Shown: positions 32,036 through 42,130 of the stretch, one piece after another | How the letters are laid out: each line of letters opens with the position of its first letter | Numbering within the stretch: position 1 is the stretch's first letter | Source: an uncultured Deinococcaceae bacterium | GTDB lineage: Bacteria > Deinococcota > Deinococci > Deinococcales > Deinococcaceae | Reading direction: 5' to 3' | Length of the DNA stretch: 64,000 bases | Assembly (NCBI GenBank): GCA_964252075.1 | Contig: CAXULY010000012.1 | Span: 57,066 to 121,065 of the forward strand | Position numbers and translations under genes: made by a program | The notes under the pieces: generated by a model | Databases searched by the model: none | The model's input: the letters and a program-made list of their open reading frames with translations, nothing else | What the model was told of the DNA's origin: nothing

Positions 32036-34195
32036 ATGCCAGAGAAAACGTACACAACGACGCTCGGTGGCCGCACGCTGACCATCGAGACCGGGCGCCT
32101 CGCGAAGCTCGTGAGCGGCTCGGTCACGGTGCGCTACGGCGACACCGTGCTCCTCGTGACCGCCCAAGCGCGCCAGGAACCCTCCACGCTGGATTTCCTG
32201 CCGCTCACGGTGGAGTTCGAGGAGCGCCATTTCGCGGTCGGGAAGATTCCCGGCAGCTTCCAGCGCCGCGAGGGTCGCCCCGGCGAGCGCGCCATCTTGT
32301 CGGCGCGCATCACGGACCGCCAGATTCGCCCGCTGTTCCCGAAAGGGTACCGCAGCGAGACGCAGGTCATCATCACGGTGCTCTCCGCCGACCAGCAGAA
32401 CCTCCCGGACGTGCTGGGTCCGCTGGGCGCCTCGGCGGCCCTGAGCATCTCGGACATCCCGTGGAACGGCCCCACCGCGTGCGTGCGGGTGGGTCACATC
32501 GGCGGGCAGTACGTCATCAACCCCACCACCGATCAGGTGAAGGACAGCCGCATGGACCTCGTGGTGGCGGGCACGCGCGACGCCGTGATGATGGTGGAGG
32601 CGGGCGCGCAGACGGTGGATGAGGAGCTGCTGGTGGGCGCCATCGAGTTCGCGCACGCCGAAATGCAGGGCGTCATCTCGCTGATCGAGACGATGCGCGC
32701 GGAGCTGGGGCACGAGAAGTTCCCGTTCGAGGCGGCGGGCAGCGTGCCGGAGGACGTGCTGGGCAGCGTCGCGGACCGCGCGCGCGAGCTGGGCCTGCGT
32801 GACGCCCTGCTCACGACGTCCAAGAAGGACCGCAGCGTGCGCCTGAAGGCGCTGCGCGACGCCCTGGTGGCGGAGCGCGTGCCGGACGTGCTGGCGGACG
32901 GCGCGGTGGAGCGTGTGAGCCACATCAAGGGTGCGTGGGAGAAGGCCGAGAAGGCCGAGCTGCGCCGCCTGATTCTGGAGGAGGACCTGCGCGCGGACGG
33001 GCGGAACACCCGCACCGTGCGCCCCATCTGGATTGAGGCGCACCCCCTGCCCCGCCCGCACGGCAGCGCGATCTTCACGCGCGGCGAGACGCAGGTGCTG
33101 GGCACCACGACACTCGGCACGGAGCGCGACGAGATCCTCGTGGACGACCTGACGCTGGAGGAGGGCGACAAGTTCCTCCTGCACTACAACTTCCCGCCGT
33201 ACAGCACGGGCGAGGTGAAGCGCATGGGCGGGCAGTCCCGCCGCGAGGTCGGTCACGGGCACCTCGCCAAGCGCGCGCTGCGGGCGGTGCTGCCGAGCTT
33301 CGAGGAGTTCCCGTACGTGATTCGCGTGGTGGGCGACGTGCTGGAGAGCAACGGCAGCAGCAGCATGGCGACCGTCTGCGCGGGCACCCTGAGCCTCATG
33401 GATGCGGGCGTGCCCATCAAGGCGCCCGTGGCGGGCGTCGCGATGGGCCTCGTGATCGAGGGCGAGCAGTACCGCATCCTCACGGACATCCTGGGCCTCG
33501 AGGACGCGCTGGGCGACATGGACTTCAAGGTCTGTGGCACCGCCGAGGGCGTCACGGCCCTGCAGATGGACATCAAGGTGGGCGGCATCACGCCCGCCAT
33601 CATGCGTGAGGCGCTCGCGCAGGCGCGCGAGGCGCGCCTGCACATCCTCGGGAAGATGGCGGAGGTGCTGCCGGCGCCGCGCGCTGAGCTCTCCCCCACC
33701 GCGCCGCGCATCGTGACCATCAAGATCAACCAGGAGCTGATCGGGAAGGTCATCGGGCCGGGCGGCAAGCAGATCCGCGAGCTCGAAGCGATGGGCGCGC
33801 AGATCACCGTGGAGGAGGACGGCACCATCCGCATCTTCAGCGCGGACGGCGAGGCCGCGAACCGTGTGCGCGCCCGCATCGAGGGCCTCACGCGCGAGGC
33901 GAAGGTCGGTGAGGAATTCACCGGGACGGTTGTCAAGACGACGCCCTTCGGCGCGTTCATCAACCTCTTCGCCGGTCAGGACGGCATGCTGCACATCTCG
34001 CAGATGTCCGAGGAGCGCGTGAACGCCGTCGAGGACGTCATGAACGTGGGCGACACCATCAACGTGAAGATCGCGAACATCGATGACCGCGGCAAGATCG
34101 ACCTGATCCGCCCGGAGCTGGAGGGCAAGATCGCGCCGCGTGAGCCGCGCGCCCCGCGCGGCGACCGCCCCCCCCGCGACCGCGAGCGCCGCTGA
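32036..34195 (+). CDS. pnp: Polyribonucleotide nucleotidyltransferase (PNPase)
   Basis: [50 protein letters not shown] and S1 domains; TAGAAT 7 nt before the ATG. Confidence 0.97.
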   Translation: MPEKTYTTTLGGRTLTIETGRLAKLVSGSVTVRYGDTVLLVTAQARQEPSTLDFLPLTVEFEERHFAVGKIPGSFQRREGRPGERAILSARITDRQIRPLFPKGYRSETQVIITVLSADQQNLPDVLGPLGASAALSISDIPWNGPTACVRVGHIGGQYVINPTTDQVKDSRMDLVVAGTRDAVMMVEAGAQTVDEELLVGAIEFAHAEMQGVISLIETMRAELGHEKFPFEAAGSVPEDVLGSVADRARELGLRDALLTTSKKDRSVRLKALRDALVAERVPDVLADGAVERVSHIKGAWEKAEKAELRRLILEEDLRADGRNTRTVRPIWIEAHPLPRPHGSAIFTRGETQVLGTTTLGTERDEILVDDLTLEEGDKFLLHYNFPPYSTGEVKRMGGQSRREVGHGHLAKRALRAVLPSFEEFPYVIRVVGDVLESNGSSSMATVCAGTLSLMDAGVPIKAPVAGVAMGLVIEGEQYRILTDILGLEDALGDMDFKVCGTAEGVTALQMDIKVGGITPAIMREALAQAREARLHILGKMAEVLPAPRAELSPTAPRIVTIKINQELIGKVIGPGGKQIRELEAMGAQITVEEDGTIRIFSADGEAANRVRARIEGLTREAKVGEEFTGTVVKTTPFGAFINLFAGQDGMLHISQMSEERVNAVEDVMNVGDTINVKIANIDDRGKIDLIRPELEGKIAPREPRAPRGDRPPRDRERR

Positions 34196-34209
34196 AGCAC
34201 CACAGCAGG

Positions 34210-34234
34210 GGGGCCGGGCATGCAGCCCGGCCCC
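34210..34234 (+). terminator. Hairpin terminator after pnp
   Basis: GGGGCCGGGC-atgca-GCCCGGCCCC between convergent genes. Confidence 0.6.
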
Positions 34235-34239
34235 TCACC

Positions 34240-34527
34240 TCATGGCCCGAGTTTCGGTCTGAACAGCACCACTCCAGCGAGGCTGCCCAGCACGCCCAGC
34301 GCGAGGAGCGTGAAGGCCAGGACCGCGTACCCGCGCGCGTACAGCGTGAGGACACCCACGGCGCCCAGCCCGCTGAGCGCGAGGCCCGGCACAGCGGAGC
34401 GCAGGGACGTGCGGGCCGCCATGTCCGGCTGCGCCTGCTGCCGCGCGATGGCGCGCGCGCTGAACACCCCGCCCGCGACGCAGCACAGCCCGGCCAGCAC
34501 CGCCACCAGCACCCACACCCCCGTCAT
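34240..34527 (-). CDS. Small membrane protein (3 TM)
   Basis: Hydrophobic ORF; TACAAT 7 nt before ATG 34527. Confidence 0.65.
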   Translation of the reverse strand: MTGVWVLVAVLAGLCCVAGGVFSARAIARQQAQPDMAARTSLRSAVPGLALSGLGAVGVLTLYARGYAVLAFTLLALGVLGSLAGVVLFRPKLGP

Positions 34528-34759
34528 GAGGGGCATTGTACGGGAAAGGCGAAAACCGCCCGTTCACCTGTCTGCCCACTCTGCATAGGCGTGTGTGCCA
34601 GGAGGGCTGGCTCCATCCAGCGCGCCTCAATCCAGCCCTGGATGAGCGTGCCACGAGGGAGGGCCGGAAGCGGTGCCTCCCCTTGCGCAGCGCAGCGCAG
34701 CTCCCCCTATCTACTGCCATGGCCCTCCCCGCAGCGCCCTTCCCCGCTAGAATGCCCGC

Positions 34760-35074
34760 ATGCGCCCCGCCTACCTCACCGCCGCCCGTCACCTGCAGCG
34801 TGGCCGTGAGGCCGCCGTGGAGGGCGATGACCAGCTGGCCGTGCGGGAGTACACGAGCGCCCTGCACCTGCTGCGGGCCCTGCCGCCCGAGCGCACGCGG
34901 GACGTGCTGCTGGCGCACACGCACCTCGCGTATTACCAGACGCTGGCGTTGTCGGCGCGCACCCCGGCGCAGGAGCACCTGCACCTGGGCATCAGTTACG
35001 CGCGCACGACGCGTGATTCGCTGGCGCGCGCGATTGCCGAGGAGTGCCTGTCAGGGCTGGAAGTCACGCTGTAG
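34760..35074 (+). CDS. Hypothetical helical (TPR-like) protein
   Basis: 104-aa ORF; TAGAAT 6 nt before the ATG. Confidence 0.65.
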   Translation: MRPAYLTAARHLQRGREAAVEGDDQLAVREYTSALHLLRALPPERTRDVLLAHTHLAYYQTLALSARTPAQEHLHLGISYARTTRDSLARAIAEECLSGLEVTL

Positions 35075-35426
35075 CGCTCAACGCCGCCCGTTGCGCCCGG
35101 GTCAGTCCGGCCACCACGAGGTCATAGCTGTGCCGCAGCAGCTCACCCACCAGCGCGGGGTCAAGTCGACCGTCGAGGGTGAGGGTGTTCCAGTGACGTT
35201 TGCTGAGGTGGTAACCGGGCGTGATGGCGTCATGCTCCGCGCGGAGGGCTTCGGCGTGCTCGGGGTCGCACTTGAGGCTGAGGGTGAGGGGGTCGGCGAT
35301 GATGTCGGTGAGGGCGTACACTTTGCCCGCCACCTTGAACACCAGCGTGGTCGGCCCGAAGGGGAAGGTCTCCTGACTGCCGGGCAGGGCGGCGCAGGCG
35401 GCGCGCAGGTCAGCGACGGTGTGCAT
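35064..35426 (-). CDS. MmcQ/YjbR-family protein
   Basis: FPFG..TLVFKVAGK, LKCDPE and ITPGYHLSKRHWNT motifs. Confidence 0.9.
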   Translation of the reverse strand: MHTVADLRAACAALPGSQETFPFGPTTLVFKVAGKVYALTDIIADPLTLSLKCDPEHAEALRAEHDAITPGYHLSKRHWNTLTLDGRLDPALVGELLRHSYDLVVAGLTRAQRAALSATA

Positions 35427-35446
35427 GCCTCAGCTTGCCACGCCCT

Positions 35447-35992
35447 TCAGCGGATGGGGGGCCGGTCGGGGTGCGGCCTCGGGGGTGGGCCGCCGAGGTC
35501 GGGGATGAGGGCGGCGGTGCGGCGGTCGAAGTGCAGTTCCGCCACGGCGCGGCCCTGGCTGAGCAGGTAGCAGTGCACCTGCGGACCGAGCACCTGCGTG
35601 AGGCCGGAGACGTTGAGTGCCGCGGTGCGCGCCGCGAGGGTGGCGCGCTGGTGGGCGGTGGGGGTGGGTGGAACGCCCGGCGCGTCCGTGAGGAGGGGGG
35701 CGCCGCCGCGCTCCACGAGGTGAAAGTCAGGGGTGAGGAACGCGAAGGTCACGGGGCGGCCCTGGTACGTGAGTTGCAGGGCGAGGCGCGGGCCCTGCGG
35801 GGTGGGCCACACGAGCACCGCGCCGGGTTGCAGCGCGCGGGCGACGGTGGTGGCGCGCTGCACGTAGGCGCGCGCCTCACTGAAGGAGAGGGCGGCGGGC
35901 GGCTGCAGGGCGCGGGGCGGTTTCGGCTGCGCGCCGGCCGCGCCCACAAGCGCCAGGGCGAGCAGGGCCAGCTGGGGTGCTCGGGGTGCCAT
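35447..35992 (-). CDS. Hypothetical secreted protein
   Basis: Signal peptide (LALLALALVGAAGA); GAGGAG RBS. Confidence 0.6.
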   Translation of the reverse strand: MAPRAPQLALLALALVGAAGAQPKPPRALQPPAALSFSEARAYVQRATTVARALQPGAVLVWPTPQGPRLALQLTYQGRPVTFAFLTPDFHLVERGGAPLLTDAPGVPPTPTAHQRATLAARTAALNVSGLTQVLGPQVHCYLLSQGRAVAELHFDRRTAALIPDLGGPPPRPHPDRPPIR

Positions 35993-36029
35993 CGCTCCTC
36001 TCCTCCCTCTGCCGTCAGTGTAGCGAGCG

Positions 36030-36079
36030 GCGTGAAGGCCGGGCACCAGAACGCATGATCTGGTGCCCGGCCTTCACGC
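36030..36079. terminator. Perfect 21-bp inverted repeat (terminator/processing hairpin)
   Basis: GCGTGAAGGCCGGGCACCAGA - 8 nt - TCTGGTGCCCGGCCTTCACGC directly after the 36082 stop. Confidence 0.7.
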
Positions 36080-36081
36080 GT

Positions 36082-36552
36082 TTACTTCCCAGTGGGCGGT
36101 GTGGGGGCGGTGGGGGCGCCGGGCGTCGCGGGTCCGCGCTGGGCGCCAGGACCCATGCGGCCCGCGCCGCGCGGGTCGGTGCCGCTCAGCACTTCGGCGG
36201 CGTGCAGGAGGTCGCGGGCGGCGCGCAGGTACTTGCTGTCCGCGGCGCCCTGACCGGCGCGGGTGAGCAGGGTGCGGGCCTCGGTGAGGAGTCGGCGGGC
36301 GTCGGCGTCGGTGGTCTGGCGGCTGAGCGCGTCAATGCGCGCCTGCAGTTGCTGCGCGCTTTCCCGCGGGCCGGCCCGGTCGGGGCCCCGGCCGGGCATG
36401 CCGGGACCACGGCCGGGTTGCCCAGCACCGGGCGCCGGGGGGGCGGTCTGGGCGGTGGTGGGGGCGGTGCCCGTGGGGGGCGCGGTGGTTCCGGCGGCGG
36501 CGGCGAGGCTGCTCAAGGCGAGGATCAGGCTGAGGGGCAGGGTGAGTTTCAT
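36082..36552 (-). CDS. Hypothetical secreted Pro/Gly-rich protein with a helical core
   Basis: Signal peptide MKLTLPLSLILALSSLAAA; strong AAGGAGG RBS. Confidence 0.7.
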   Translation of the reverse strand: MKLTLPLSLILALSSLAAAAGTTAPPTGTAPTTAQTAPPAPGAGQPGRGPGMPGRGPDRAGPRESAQQLQARIDALSRQTTDADARRLLTEARTLLTRAGQGAADSKYLRAARDLLHAAEVLSGTDPRGAGRMGPGAQRGPATPGAPTAPTPPTGK

Positions 36553-36587
36553 GGTGTTCCTCCTTCGCCTCGCAGTGTGGGGCGATG

Positions 36588-36629
36588 CGCTGAACGCGTC
36601 CGGGTGCGGCGCTGAACGAACGCTGAACG
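36588..36629. promoter_or_regulatory. OmpR-type direct-repeat operator (CGCTGAACG x3, 11-bp phase)
   Basis: Identical 9-mers start at 36588, 36610 and 36621. Confidence 0.65.
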
Positions 36630-36640
36630 CGCCGGGCCGC

Positions 36641-37978
36641 TCAATCGGCGGGCAGCGTGAGCCGCACCTCCAGGCCCTCGGGTGTGTTGCGCGCGTTGGC
36701 GTCCCCGCCGTGCGCGCGGGCGGTGGCCTGCACGATGGCGAGCCCCAGGCCGGACCCGCCGGGCGTGCGGGTCGCTTCGGGGCCGCGCACGAAGCGCTCG
36801 AACATGCGCGTGAGGAACGCCTCGGGGAGCGTGGCGGGGTTCAGGACGCTCACCGTGACGGGCGGCCCGGACTGCACGCGCAACGTGATGTGACCGCCGG
36901 GCGGGGTGTGCGCGGCGGCGTTGCGGATGAGGTTCCACACGGCGCCCTCCACGCGCGCGCGGTCGGCGCGCACCGTCACGCCTGGTCCTTCCAGCGCGAA
37001 GTGGCGGTCGGGTGCGAGGTCGCGCGCGCTGTCCAGCACGCCCGCAAGCAGGGCGCGCAGGTCCAGGGCTTCGCGCTGCAGGGGTTCTCCGGCGTCCAGG
37101 CGCGTGAGGGTCAGGAGGTCATCCACGAGGCGTCCGGCGCGGCGCGATTCACGGCGCAGGTTCGCGAGGAGGCGTTCGCGCGCCTCCTCGTTCCCGGCGG
37201 AGCGCTCCAGCACCTCCAGGCTGCCCTGGATGGCGGCGAGCGGCGTGCGGAGTTCGTGGCTGGCGTCCGCCGCGAAGCGGCGCGTGCGGGCCTCCTCGGC
37301 GGTGAGGCGCGTGAAGGCGTCCTGCAGGCGGTCCAGCATGAGGTTCAGGCTGCGCGCGAGGGCGGACACCTCGTCGTGGGAGGGCGGCACGTCCAGGCGC
37401 ACGTCGAGTTGCGCGGCGGTCAGGCGTTCCGCGCGGCGGCTCATGGCGCGCAGGGGACTCAGCCCGACCCCCAGCAGCCACGCGCCGAGCAGGGCGGTGG
37501 CGAGCAGGGCGAGCGCGGCGGCCAGCAGGTAATTCAGGGTGAAGCGCGCGAGGAGCGCGCGAATGTCGTCCTGCTGCAGGTTGAGGCCCAGGATGGTGCC
37601 GCCCGGGGAGCGCACCAGCAGCAGGTCGCCCGCGCGGGCCTGCCCGCGCCGCCGCACGTCCGCGAGGGCCTGCGGGGGAATGCCGGGGTGGGGGGCGGTG
37701 TCGGTGTCGTAGCGCCGCCCGCCCGTGATGAGCACGCCCCAGCTGCCCCGGTCCAGCGCGGCGCGGCTGAGCTGCGCGTACAGCACGCCCAGGCGGTCGT
37801 CCACGCTGAGGCCGCTGCCGCCCTCGCCCGCGATGAGGCTCAGCTGCCCCAGCGCGCTGCGCTGCGCCTGGTCCTGCGCGTAACGGTCCAGGCTGGCGCG
37901 CAGCACCACGCCGAGCGGCAGCAGGGTGGCGGCGGCGGTGAGCAGCACCACCAGCAGCAGGCGCGCGCGCAGGCTCAC
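36641..37978 (-). CDS. Sensor histidine kinase (HAMP + HisKA + HATPase)
   Basis: ADASHELRTPL H-box, NLIRNA N-box, FERF and GSGLGLAIV G2 box. Confidence 0.92.
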   Translation of the reverse strand: MSLRARLLLVVLLTAAATLLPLGVVLRASLDRYAQDQAQRSALGQLSLIAGEGGSGLSVDDRLGVLYAQLSRAALDRGSWGVLITGGRRYDTDTAPHPGIPPQALADVRRRGQARAGDLLLVRSPGGTILGLNLQQDDIRALLARFTLNYLLAAALALLATALLGAWLLGVGLSPLRAMSRRAERLTAAQLDVRLDVPPSHDEVSALARSLNLMLDRLQDAFTRLTAEEARTRRFAADASHELRTPLAAIQGSLEVLERSAGNEEARERLLANLRRESRRAGRLVDDLLTLTRLDAGEPLQREALDLRALLAGVLDSARDLAPDRHFALEGPGVTVRADRARVEGAVWNLIRNAAAHTPPGGHITLRVQSGPPVTVSVLNPATLPEAFLTRMFERFVRGPEATRTPGGSGLGLAIVQATARAHGGDANARNTPEGLEVRLTLPAD

Positions 37979-37987
37979 GCGGGGCGC

Positions 37988-38671
37988 TCAGGGGCGCTGG
38001 CGCAGGGCGTACCCGGCGCCGCGCACCGTCTGGATCAGCTCGGGCTCTCCGAGTGCCTTGCGCAGCTGACGCACGTACACCTCCACGATGTTGTCGTCCC
38101 CCAGGAAGTCCGGGCCCCACACGCTGTCCAGCAGCACGCCCTTGCTGATGGCGCGCTCCGGGTGGCGCAGCAGGAAGGCCAGCACGTCCAGCGCGCGCGG
38201 GCTGAGGTCCAGCGCGCGGCCCGCGCGGCTCGCCTCGCGCAGGTGCGTGTCCAGGGTGAGGTCCGCGTAGCGCAGTTCCCGCCCGGCGTCCAGCTTGCTG
38301 CGGCGCAGCACCGCCTGCACGCGCGCCACGAGCTCCCCGAAGTGGAAGGGTTTCACGAGGTAGTCGTCCGCGCCGCCCGTGAGGCCGCGGATGCGGTCCT
38401 CGACGCCGTCGCGCGCGGTGAGCATCAGGACGGGCGTCGCGCCGCGGCTGCGGATGGCACCCAGCACCGCGAAGCCGTCCAGGCCGGGCAGGCCCACGTC
38501 GAGGATCACCACGTCGGGCCGCTCGCGCGCGAAGAGGTCCAGCGCGTCCCCGCCGCTCGCGGCCCACAGCACCCGGTACCCCTCGTAGCCCAGCCCGAGT
38601 TCCAGGTAATCGCGGATGCTGGGGTCGTCCTCGACGAGCAGCACGCTGCGGGCAGGCTCGGCGGCGGTCAC
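37988..38671 (-). CDS. OmpR-family response regulator
   Basis: LLVEDD, DVVILDVGLP, LTARD, GADDYLVKPF and IQTVRGAGY; TACAGT 6 nt before the GTG. Confidence 0.93.
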   Translation of the reverse strand: MTAAEPARSVLLVEDDPSIRDYLELGLGYEGYRVLWAASGGDALDLFARERPDVVILDVGLPGLDGFAVLGAIRSRGATPVLMLTARDGVEDRIRGLTGGADDYLVKPFHFGELVARVQAVLRRSKLDAGRELRYADLTLDTHLREASRAGRALDLSPRALDVLAFLLRHPERAISKGVLLDSVWGPDFLGDDNIVEVYVRQLRKALGEPELIQTVRGAGYALRQRP

Positions 38672-38750
38672 CCCGTCACTGTAACGTGGCGCGCTGAAGA
38701 AACGTTGAAGGGGCCGGGCGCACGGCCCGACCCCTCCTGAGCGTGCGGCC

Positions 38751-40415
38751 TTACACGAGGCGGCGGCGCACCTCGCTGGACAGGAAGTCAATGAGGTTCA
38801 CGACCAGCACGATGGCGATCACGCCGATGATCATCTGGTTGTAATGCCCGGACTGCATGGCGCCCTGAATGAAGAAGCCGATGCCGCCCGCGCCCACGAA
38901 GCCCAGCACGATGGACACGCGGAAGTTGATCTCGAAGCGGTACAGGGTGTAACTGGTGAAGAGCGGCAGCACCTGCGGCAGGATCGCCCAGCGCAGCACG
39001 TTCGTGCCGCTCGTGCCGACGGACTCCAGCGCCTCCACGGGGCCCTTGTCGCTGTTCTCGATGGCTTCGCTGTACAGCTTCCCGAGGTCCGCGACGGAGT
39101 GGATCGCCATGGCGAGCACGCCCGCGAACGGCCCCAGGCCCACAGCGGCCACGAAGATCAGGGCCAAAATCAGCGTATCGATGCCGCGGTCCACGTTGAA
39201 GAAGGTGCGCGTCAGGCCATACAGGAAGTTCATGAACGGGTTGCGCAGGGTCAGGTTGCGCGCCGCGAGGAAGCTGAGGGGCACCGCGAAGATCGCGGCG
39301 ACGAAGGTGCCGACCAGCGCGATCTCCACGGTGAGGGCCATCTGGCTGAGCACTTCCTGCAGCGGGAACACGTTCGTGGCGGGGTTCTGCGGGTCCACCT
39401 GCGCGAGCAGCGGCGGCCAGGAGCGCGTCGCGAAGTCCCGCAGGAAGGGCGCGCCCTTGATGAGGGTGTTCAGGTTGAAGTTCGTGGCGAAGAAGCTGGG
39501 GACCAGCAGGCCCAGCACGCTCGCGAGGATGGCGCCGCCGCGCCAGTCGGCGGGCGGGTCGTCCACGACGGGCGCCTGCGCGGGGTTCGGGCGCAGCGCC
39601 AGCAGGCCCGCGCCGAGCAGCAGCCCGGCGGCGAGCGCCAGCACGGGCAGGCCGTACTGGGTGCTGGCGGGACGCAGGATGCGGTAGCCCTGCTCCGCGA
39701 GGTCGCGCGGCACGCCCTGCTCCGTGAGCTGCGCGACGCCCTGAATGGCGGTGAGTTTCGGGAGGCCGGACAGTTCACGGATGGCGTTCTTCTGGTCGAG
39801 GCCCGCGTTGTACGCGCTGACGACCTGCTGGTTCTCGGCGCTGGAGGTGGCGCGCGTGAACTGGTAGTAACCGCCCACGTTCGGCAGCACCGTGCGGCCC
39901 GCGCCGGACAGCAGGAAGATGGTGGTGACGGCGCCCAGCACGACGCCCACGATGAGGCCGCCCAGCCGCCAGCGGGGGCGGGGCGCGACGAAGGCCAGCA
40001 CGATGCCCAGCACCAGCAGGCCCGTCACGAGTTCCATCAGCACGGGGAGCGGCACGAGGTGAACGAGGCGCGCGGGCGTCGCGACGAACCACAGCAGCAG
40101 GCCCGTCACGACGACGCCCGCGATGAGGTTCAGCAGGGCCGCGCCGCGCCCGCCGCGGCGCACCAGCAGCAGCACGCCCACCGCCAGCAGCGGCACCAGC
40201 ACCAGCGCGGGCGCCACGGGCAGCAGCGCCAGCAGGGTGGGGTCCACCTCCTGCGAGGACAGGAAGCCCGCGCCCGCAATCAGCGGAAAGAACACCGTCA
40301 CGATGAGGGCCAGCACGGCGCCCGTCACGGCGAGGCGGCGCATGCTGCCGCGCGCGAGGCGGCTGAGCAGGCACAGCACCACGCCGAGCGCCACGAAAAT
40401 CAGGGTGACGGTCAT
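38751..40415 (-). CDS. phnE: Phosphonate ABC transporter permease with long N-terminal extension
   Basis: PLSFLAARN, AVGLGPFAGVLA, LGKLYSEAIE and YRFEINFR.S.VLG.VGAGGIG motifs. Confidence 0.88.
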   Translation of the reverse strand: MTVTLIFVALGVVLCLLSRLARGSMRRLAVTGAVLALIVTVFFPLIAGAGFLSSQEVDPTLLALLPVAPALVLVPLLAVGVLLLVRRGGRGAALLNLIAGVVVTGLLLWFVATPARLVHLVPLPVLMELVTGLLVLGIVLAFVAPRPRWRLGGLIVGVVLGAVTTIFLLSGAGRTVLPNVGGYYQFTRATSSAENQQVVSAYNAGLDQKNAIRELSGLPKLTAIQGVAQLTEQGVPRDLAEQGYRILRPASTQYGLPVLALAAGLLLGAGLLALRPNPAQAPVVDDPPADWRGGAILASVLGLLVPSFFATNFNLNTLIKGAPFLRDFATRSWPPLLAQVDPQNPATNVFPLQEVLSQMALTVEIALVGTFVAAIFAVPLSFLAARNLTLRNPFMNFLYGLTRTFFNVDRGIDTLILALIFVAAVGLGPFAGVLAMAIHSVADLGKLYSEAIENSDKGPVEALESVGTSGTNVLRWAILPQVLPLFTSYTLYRFEINFRVSIVLGFVGAGGIGFFIQGAMQSGHYNQMIIGVIAIVLVVNLIDFLSSEVRRRLV

Positions 40416-41161
40416 AGGGTCTCCAGGTTGCCCGCGTACACGCGCTCTTCCAGTTCGGGCGTGAGTTCCTCGATGGGGCCGTCGTACACCAGCTGCCCGC
40501 GGTTGAAGGCCAGGAAGCGGCGGCAGTACCGCCGCGCGTGCTCCAGGGTGTGGATGTTGATGAGGACCGTGACGCCCTGCTCGCGGTTGTAGTCGCGCAG
40601 GATGCCGAGGATCACGTCGCTGAGGCGCGGGTCGAGGCTCGCCATGGGTTCGTCCGCCAGCATGAGCTGCGGGCGCTGCGCGATGGCGCGCGCGATCGCG
40701 ACGCGCTGCTGCTGCCCACCGGAGAGGCTGGAGACGCGGGTGTGCTCCTTCTCCGCGAGGCCCACCACGCGGATGGCGTCGCGCGCAATCTGGGTGTCCT
40801 CGTCCGGGTAGAGGCCCAGCAGGCCGCGCAGCGTGCCGTGGTAGCCGAGACGACCGTGCAGGACGTTCTCGATCACGGTGAGGCGCGTCACGAGGTTGAA
40901 CTGCTGGAACACGAAGCCCACGGTGCGGCGGTAACGTTGCAGCGCCGCGCCCTGCACGTGCGTGACGTCCGTGCCATTCACGACGATGCGGCCGCTGGTG
41001 GGTTCGTTCAGGCGGTTCAGGCAGCGCAGGAAGGTGCTCTTGCCCGCGCCGGAGAGGCCGATCACGGCGACGAAGTCGCCGTCCGGGATGCTGACGTTCA
41101 CGTCGCTGAGGGCGCGCGTGCCGTCCGGGAATTGCTTGACGAGGTTCTCGACTTGGATCAT
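40412..41161 (-). CDS. phnC: Phosphonate ABC transporter ATP-binding protein
   Basis: GLSGAGKST.LRCLNRL, FQQFNLV.RL, LSGGQQQRVAIAR and ADEPMASLDP motifs. Confidence 0.92.
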   Translation of the reverse strand: MIQVENLVKQFPDGTRALSDVNVSIPDGDFVAVIGLSGAGKSTFLRCLNRLNEPTSGRIVVNGTDVTHVQGAALQRYRRTVGFVFQQFNLVTRLTVIENVLHGRLGYHGTLRGLLGLYPDEDTQIARDAIRVVGLAEKEHTRVSSLSGGQQQRVAIARAIAQRPQLMLADEPMASLDPRLSDVILGILRDYNREQGVTVLINIHTLEHARRYCRRFLAFNRGQLVYDGPIEELTPELEERVYAGNLETL

Positions 41162-41190
41162 GTGCGTGTCAGCTCTCTGGGGCAAGGCAA

Positions 41191-41215
41191 AGCCCGCCGC
41201 TGGTGGCGGCGGGCT
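41191..41215 (-). terminator. Intra-operon stem-loop between phnD and phnC
   Basis: AGCCCGCCGC-5 nt-GCGGCGGGCT followed by TT on the minus strand. Confidence 0.55.
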
Positions 41216-41228
41216 CCTGTGTCCCGTC

Positions 41229-42107
41229 TTACTTGTCGAGGCCCAGCACCTTGCGGGTGTCGCGCACCACGTCGTAGTCGCTGTCCTTGGCGTTCACCAT
41301 GTAGTCAATGGTGTAGAGGTTCTTCAGCAGGAGGCTCTTGGGGGCCTTGATCTGCTTCATGGCCGCCGCGATGCCGCGCGCGAGGTTCGGGTACTTCTTG
41401 TTGAACTGCGCGCTCACCGCGAAGGTGTCACCGGGGATGGCCTTCGTGACGAACACGGACTTCAGCTGCGCGGCCTGGTCGGGCTTCAGGTACTGCGTCC
41501 AGCTGCCGGTGGCGCCCTTCGCGTCGTTCGCGAAGGTCGCGATGGCGTCCACGCTCTTGTTGAACACCGCGAGGTCGGCGGCGTCGTGCTTGCCGGCGTA
41601 GGTCTGCTTGCCGAAGAACTTGTCGGGGTTGATGCCCTTCTGCACGATCGCGGCGCGCGGGAAGGTGTAGCCCGAGGCGCTGTTCGGGTCGATCCAGGCC
41701 ATGTTCTTGCCTTCGAGGTCCGCGAGGCTGTTGATGCCGCTGTCCTTGCGCACCACCACGGACGCCCAGTAGTAGGGGCTGCCGTTGCGCACGCTCTTCA
41801 GGAGCACTTCGGCGCCCGCGTCCTTGTGGGCGAGGACGTAGCCGTCGGGCGGGTAGAAGGCGAAGTCCAGCTTGCCGGCGCGCATGGCCTCGATCAGGCC
41901 GCGGTAGTCGGTGGGCACGAAGACCTCGACGTTCACGGTGCCCTGGAACTGGTCCTCGATGAAGCTCGCGATGGCCTTCGCGGCGGGCTGCAGCAGGTCG
42001 CTGTTCTGGGTGGGGTTGAAGCCGATGCGGACGGTGATGGGGGCAGCGGAAGCAGCCGTGGCGCCGAGCAGGCCGGCGGTCAGCAGAAGGGCAGCGCGTT
42101 TGGACAT
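41229..42107 (-). CDS. phnD: Phosphate/phosphite/phosphonate ABC substrate-binding protein
   Basis: Signal peptide; DY.GLIEAMR.GK.D, DPNSASGY.FP, GKHD, IPGD and DSDYD motifs. Confidence 0.88.
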   Translation of the reverse strand: MSKRAALLLTAGLLGATAASAAPITVRIGFNPTQNSDLLQPAAKAIASFIEDQFQGTVNVEVFVPTDYRGLIEAMRAGKLDFAFYPPDGYVLAHKDAGAEVLLKSVRNGSPYYWASVVVRKDSGINSLADLEGKNMAWIDPNSASGYTFPRAAIVQKGINPDKFFGKQTYAGKHDAADLAVFNKSVDAIATFANDAKGATGSWTQYLKPDQAAQLKSVFVTKAIPGDTFAVSAQFNKKYPNLARGIAAAMKQIKAPKSLLLKNLYTIDYMVNAKDSDYDVVRDTRKVLGLDK

Positions 42108-42130
42108 ATCCTTTGCAATTCTACACGGTG

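Noticed and set aside
34655..34685. GGGCCGGAAG resembling the SRP (4.5S) RNA apical loop
   Set aside because: The flanking conserved CAGG...GCAGCAGC helix-8 pattern is missing.
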